This document shows positions 60,878-64,000 of a stretch of 64,000 bases of DNA, in pieces. The stretch covers positions 33,604,001 through 33,668,000 of the forward strand of contig NW_026262734.1 in NCBI RefSeq assembly GCF_021869535.1, written 5' to 3'. How positions within the stretch are numbered: position 1 is the stretch's first letter; every line of letters starts with the position of its first letter. The notes under the pieces were generated by a model. That model had not been told where the DNA came from. It was given only the letters and a program-made list of their open reading frames with translations, and did no database searches. The position numbers and the translations under genes were made by a program. The stretch comes from Mytilus californianus. Taxonomy: Eukaryota.

Positions 60878-62010
60878 TTACAAAAACGTAATTGATGACA
60901 ATAAGGTTCCGACTGATGTCCCATTTCCGGACTAGTGGATCATCCTCATGTGCAGAAATATATATGTCTTGTATCATACAATTTGGCGCTACTGGCTTCT
61001 TTACGTAGTTGAAAAAAAGATCTTGTTAATATAAAAAAATCAGAACTAAGCTTAAATATAATCGATGCAATCGTGATCACTGCAACAAATGCTGATCATA
61101 TCGAAATGAATCACAACGAAGCATTGTTATTTGTCTTGGAACAGACAAGATCTACTTTTTTTCTATTTCAGTAATAGAACGTAGTATTCTATTGTGTTCG
61201 CATAAAACCTGTGTGTTTTTAGCACAGCTTTGGTATTGTAACGGTAACCATATCTTCAACCAAAGATCCTCGCATTTACATTATATAATAATTTGTCCTA
61301 AAGCAATCAGGCATGGCTTCAGCATCTGTAATGACCTTAATAAAGCACTAGATCTGAAATGATTATAATTTGGATATCTGAAAGATCACGTTTCTTTATT
61401 CTTTCAAAAAATTTCAACCCAAACTGTTCTACCCTTTTTAAATATTTTATGTTATTGTTTGTGAAATCTATTTGAAGATGTTCATACAAGGGCAGAGCCA
61501 GAACAATCAACCACTGTTCTATTGTCTTAAGCTGGCTGATAATAACAGTTGCATTCTGGTGGACATCGTTCAGCTAATGACAAGTTACAAATTAATTGAT
61601 CCAGCTCGGAATTATCTATTAGGTTTTTCAATGTTTTCATATTCAGTTGTGTTGGAGAATCACAAACCATTAAAATATTTATGTAGTCAAAAATATTAAC
61701 TACCATTTCAGATGGTTTTGCAATTGGATAAATTTTACAGTTGCAATATTTCAATGATTTCCCTCCAAATACATAACCCAGAAATATAATTTTCCTTCAT
61801 GTTTAACGTTTATACCATTTTAAGTAAAAATCGGAAATCATGTTAAATTATTATACGATACATCAAGCGATCCGTACAAAGAGAACACGAAACTCTCATG
61901 ACTTTTCCATTCTAGGTTGTTTGTAATATAGTTTATAGAGTTATGAGAAAAATTTGCAGTACAACATGTTATCTGTGTCCACAATGTGTTTGTAATATCA
62001 CGGGTAGTAA

Positions 62011-62035
62011 ATAAAGGCAACAGTAGTATATTACC
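62011..62035 (-). mobile_element. 25-bp insertion of the PLE-2 family 3' terminus with a 7-bp TSD
   Basis: GTAGTAA[ATAAAGGCAACAGTAGTATATTACC]GTAGTAA. The insert core is the reverse complement of 60857-60875. The paralogous empty site reads GGCTAGTAAGATAG at 33373. Confidence 0.85.
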
Positions 62036-64000
62036 GTAGTAAGATGATTGTAAAAAACATCAAAGTAAAAAAAATGTCCATTCACGTTATTCAAACATCC
62101 AGACTCGATATATTTCAGTCGGTTATGAGACAGGTCAATTTCCACTAGGTTATGATGTAGTATTAATGTATCAAGTATTTCAAGACATGATAAAAGATCG
62201 ATACCTTTAATTTCATTGTATTGTAAATATACCCGACCAATGTACGGATAATCACAAATATTACTAGGTAAACTATGCAAACTATGATTAGGGCTGAATA
62301 TGATATATCCCGGAGACAACATCGAAGTATGATTCAGTATGCTTTTGTTATCAGGCTTTTTTATTACGATTAAGAGATCATAATCTTCTAACTCGTGATA
62401 GGCAAAGCTAATACAACACTGTGTGTGACTACAAGATGAGTGACATCGTAAATCATCACGTCGAAATTTGACTTGTAAAACTTCTGGTAAAATTAGTCAT
62501 GTACCATTTGAGGGCTTCTTCAAACTTAAATGAAGGAATTCTTGATATAGATGTTGTGTGAATTTATCCAATTTCGGATCTTGATCTAAAGATTCACTTG
62601 AAGATCTAGTAATATAACATAATATTACAACAAAAAGCGCAAAGCACAATTCTGACAACATTTCTTAATAGGAGAGCGTTAACTACTTTTGTGTTGTGTA
62701 TACGGTATGCAGTCAACTGACAGAATATCAAAACTATATCGGATTCATTACTCAAATATCTATTTCATTGTAAAAACAAGAAAAATAACAGCGAATCACA
62801 CAGAAGATTTAAATGTTAAACCATCTTTTGAATTTTTAATAACAATACGAATTATCCGGGTTTCATGTAATACGCATTCACAAATAAAATCATTATAGAT
62901 ACTAGTATACATATTATGTATGCTATAGGCGCATAGTTTATTATCAACTTATTCAAAAGATTTATGACTTTCAAAGTAAATCAAAATCGATCAACTTAAA
63001 AGTTGTGGATCACCTAAATAAAACATAAACAAAGGAATAATTAATTATCCTCTATTACTAAATTTGCTCTTTTATTTGATTTTTCTTTAGTTTTTTTCTT
63101 TGTTTTCTTTTCTGAAATTGTAGACAACATGCTTCTCCGCAAACTATCTTAACAATTATAATATTTGAACAGTAATTAAAAAATGAGAAATGCTGCTCAC
63201 TTCTAATATGTACGCATTCATATATTAGGTTATTTAAACGAAAAAAGATATTCATATAAAACCATACATTCAGAATCGTGTTTATAAACAATATATAAAA
63301 CATAGAAAAGTCATAAAAACAAATATCGATAAGTATAAAAAAAACCCAGCAGTAATGATTATTTACTGTCTATAACTGCATTTTCACCAAACCAAATTGT
63401 TACATCATACATAAATGTATTAAAAGCACACGATTTAAAACTCAAATATGACGACGAATCGTCAGGTTTTAACCACAGCTGTAGTATATTTTCTTTTAGA
63501 ATTACTTTTGCCCGTTACAAAACCCGACAAAAAATTATTTGTACCACACCTGTCATATATTTTCTGTGACGCAGGAGATTTATAAAGTAGTATTTTCTTT
63601 TTTCATCCAAACTGATTTAGAATTCGTCAGTGTTTATCTTACAATTCTTTTATCTTCTATAAAAAGGCGTTTTGCTGTTACCGAAATAACATAAGTTGAT
63701 AATTTTCTAGAAATTTACTGAAACAAACGTTTTTACTTCTAGAGCGCAAAAAGAGCGTAAAATGTAGATGCAGTTATTTTTTTTTATCATGCCGCGATAT
63801 AAGTGGTCTCGGTAAACAACAGGTTTGTTATGATATAAAGCTTCTAACTATATCGACATAGAACCTACTGTTCATTCCTTAATGCACCTATTTACAAAAA
63901 TACATTAATGTAACGACGAAAATATTCAAATATGCATGGTCTTACGAGTATTGCTTACTTATTGATACCAGATACTAGTAGGTAAGAAAACTTTATGTAA

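Larger units (their letters stand above)
57918..62661 (-). pseudogene. psiTLR-C/B: chimeric TLR pseudogene (TLR-C-type upstream region and signal peptide, TLR-B-type body) split by PLE-2
   Basis: MLSELCFALFVVILCYITRSSSESL is followed in frame by DQDPKLDKFTQHL (TLR-B has DQYLKLDNLPQYL). B-type LRR, TM and TIR homology runs to about 60880. The TIR C-terminus TCDDAVKKFFRGFFTLRKVINFSNF...MK* is at 57918-58040. A TGA at 62497 and many frameshifts are present. Confidence 0.88.

Overview
Very AT-rich eukaryotic DNA. The repeat families and receptor type suggest a bivalve mollusc, probably a Mytilus-type mussel (inference). The window is a tandem cluster of intronless, short multiple-cysteine-cluster Toll-like receptor (TLR) genes in birth-and-death evolution. 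There are four open ORFs (named here TLR-A 1704-3938 +, TLR-B 11817-14015 -, TLR-C 23924-26170 -, TLR-D 43541-45835 +) and five pseudogene siblings. One pseudogene is a chimera with a TLR-C-type upstream region and signal peptide joined in frame to a TLR-B-type body. The spacers hold two truncated Penelope-like retroelements with the CxC-linker-then-RT layout of the Naiad type, many short 3'-end fragments of such elements, degenerate type I hammerhead ribozyme (retrozyme) units, a SINE with a 10-bp TSD, a 1.17-kb P-like TIR element, several MITEs and a 3-kb 42-bp minisatellite. All alignments were made by eye, so repeat and pseudogene boundaries are approximate unless a TSD or TIR fixes them.
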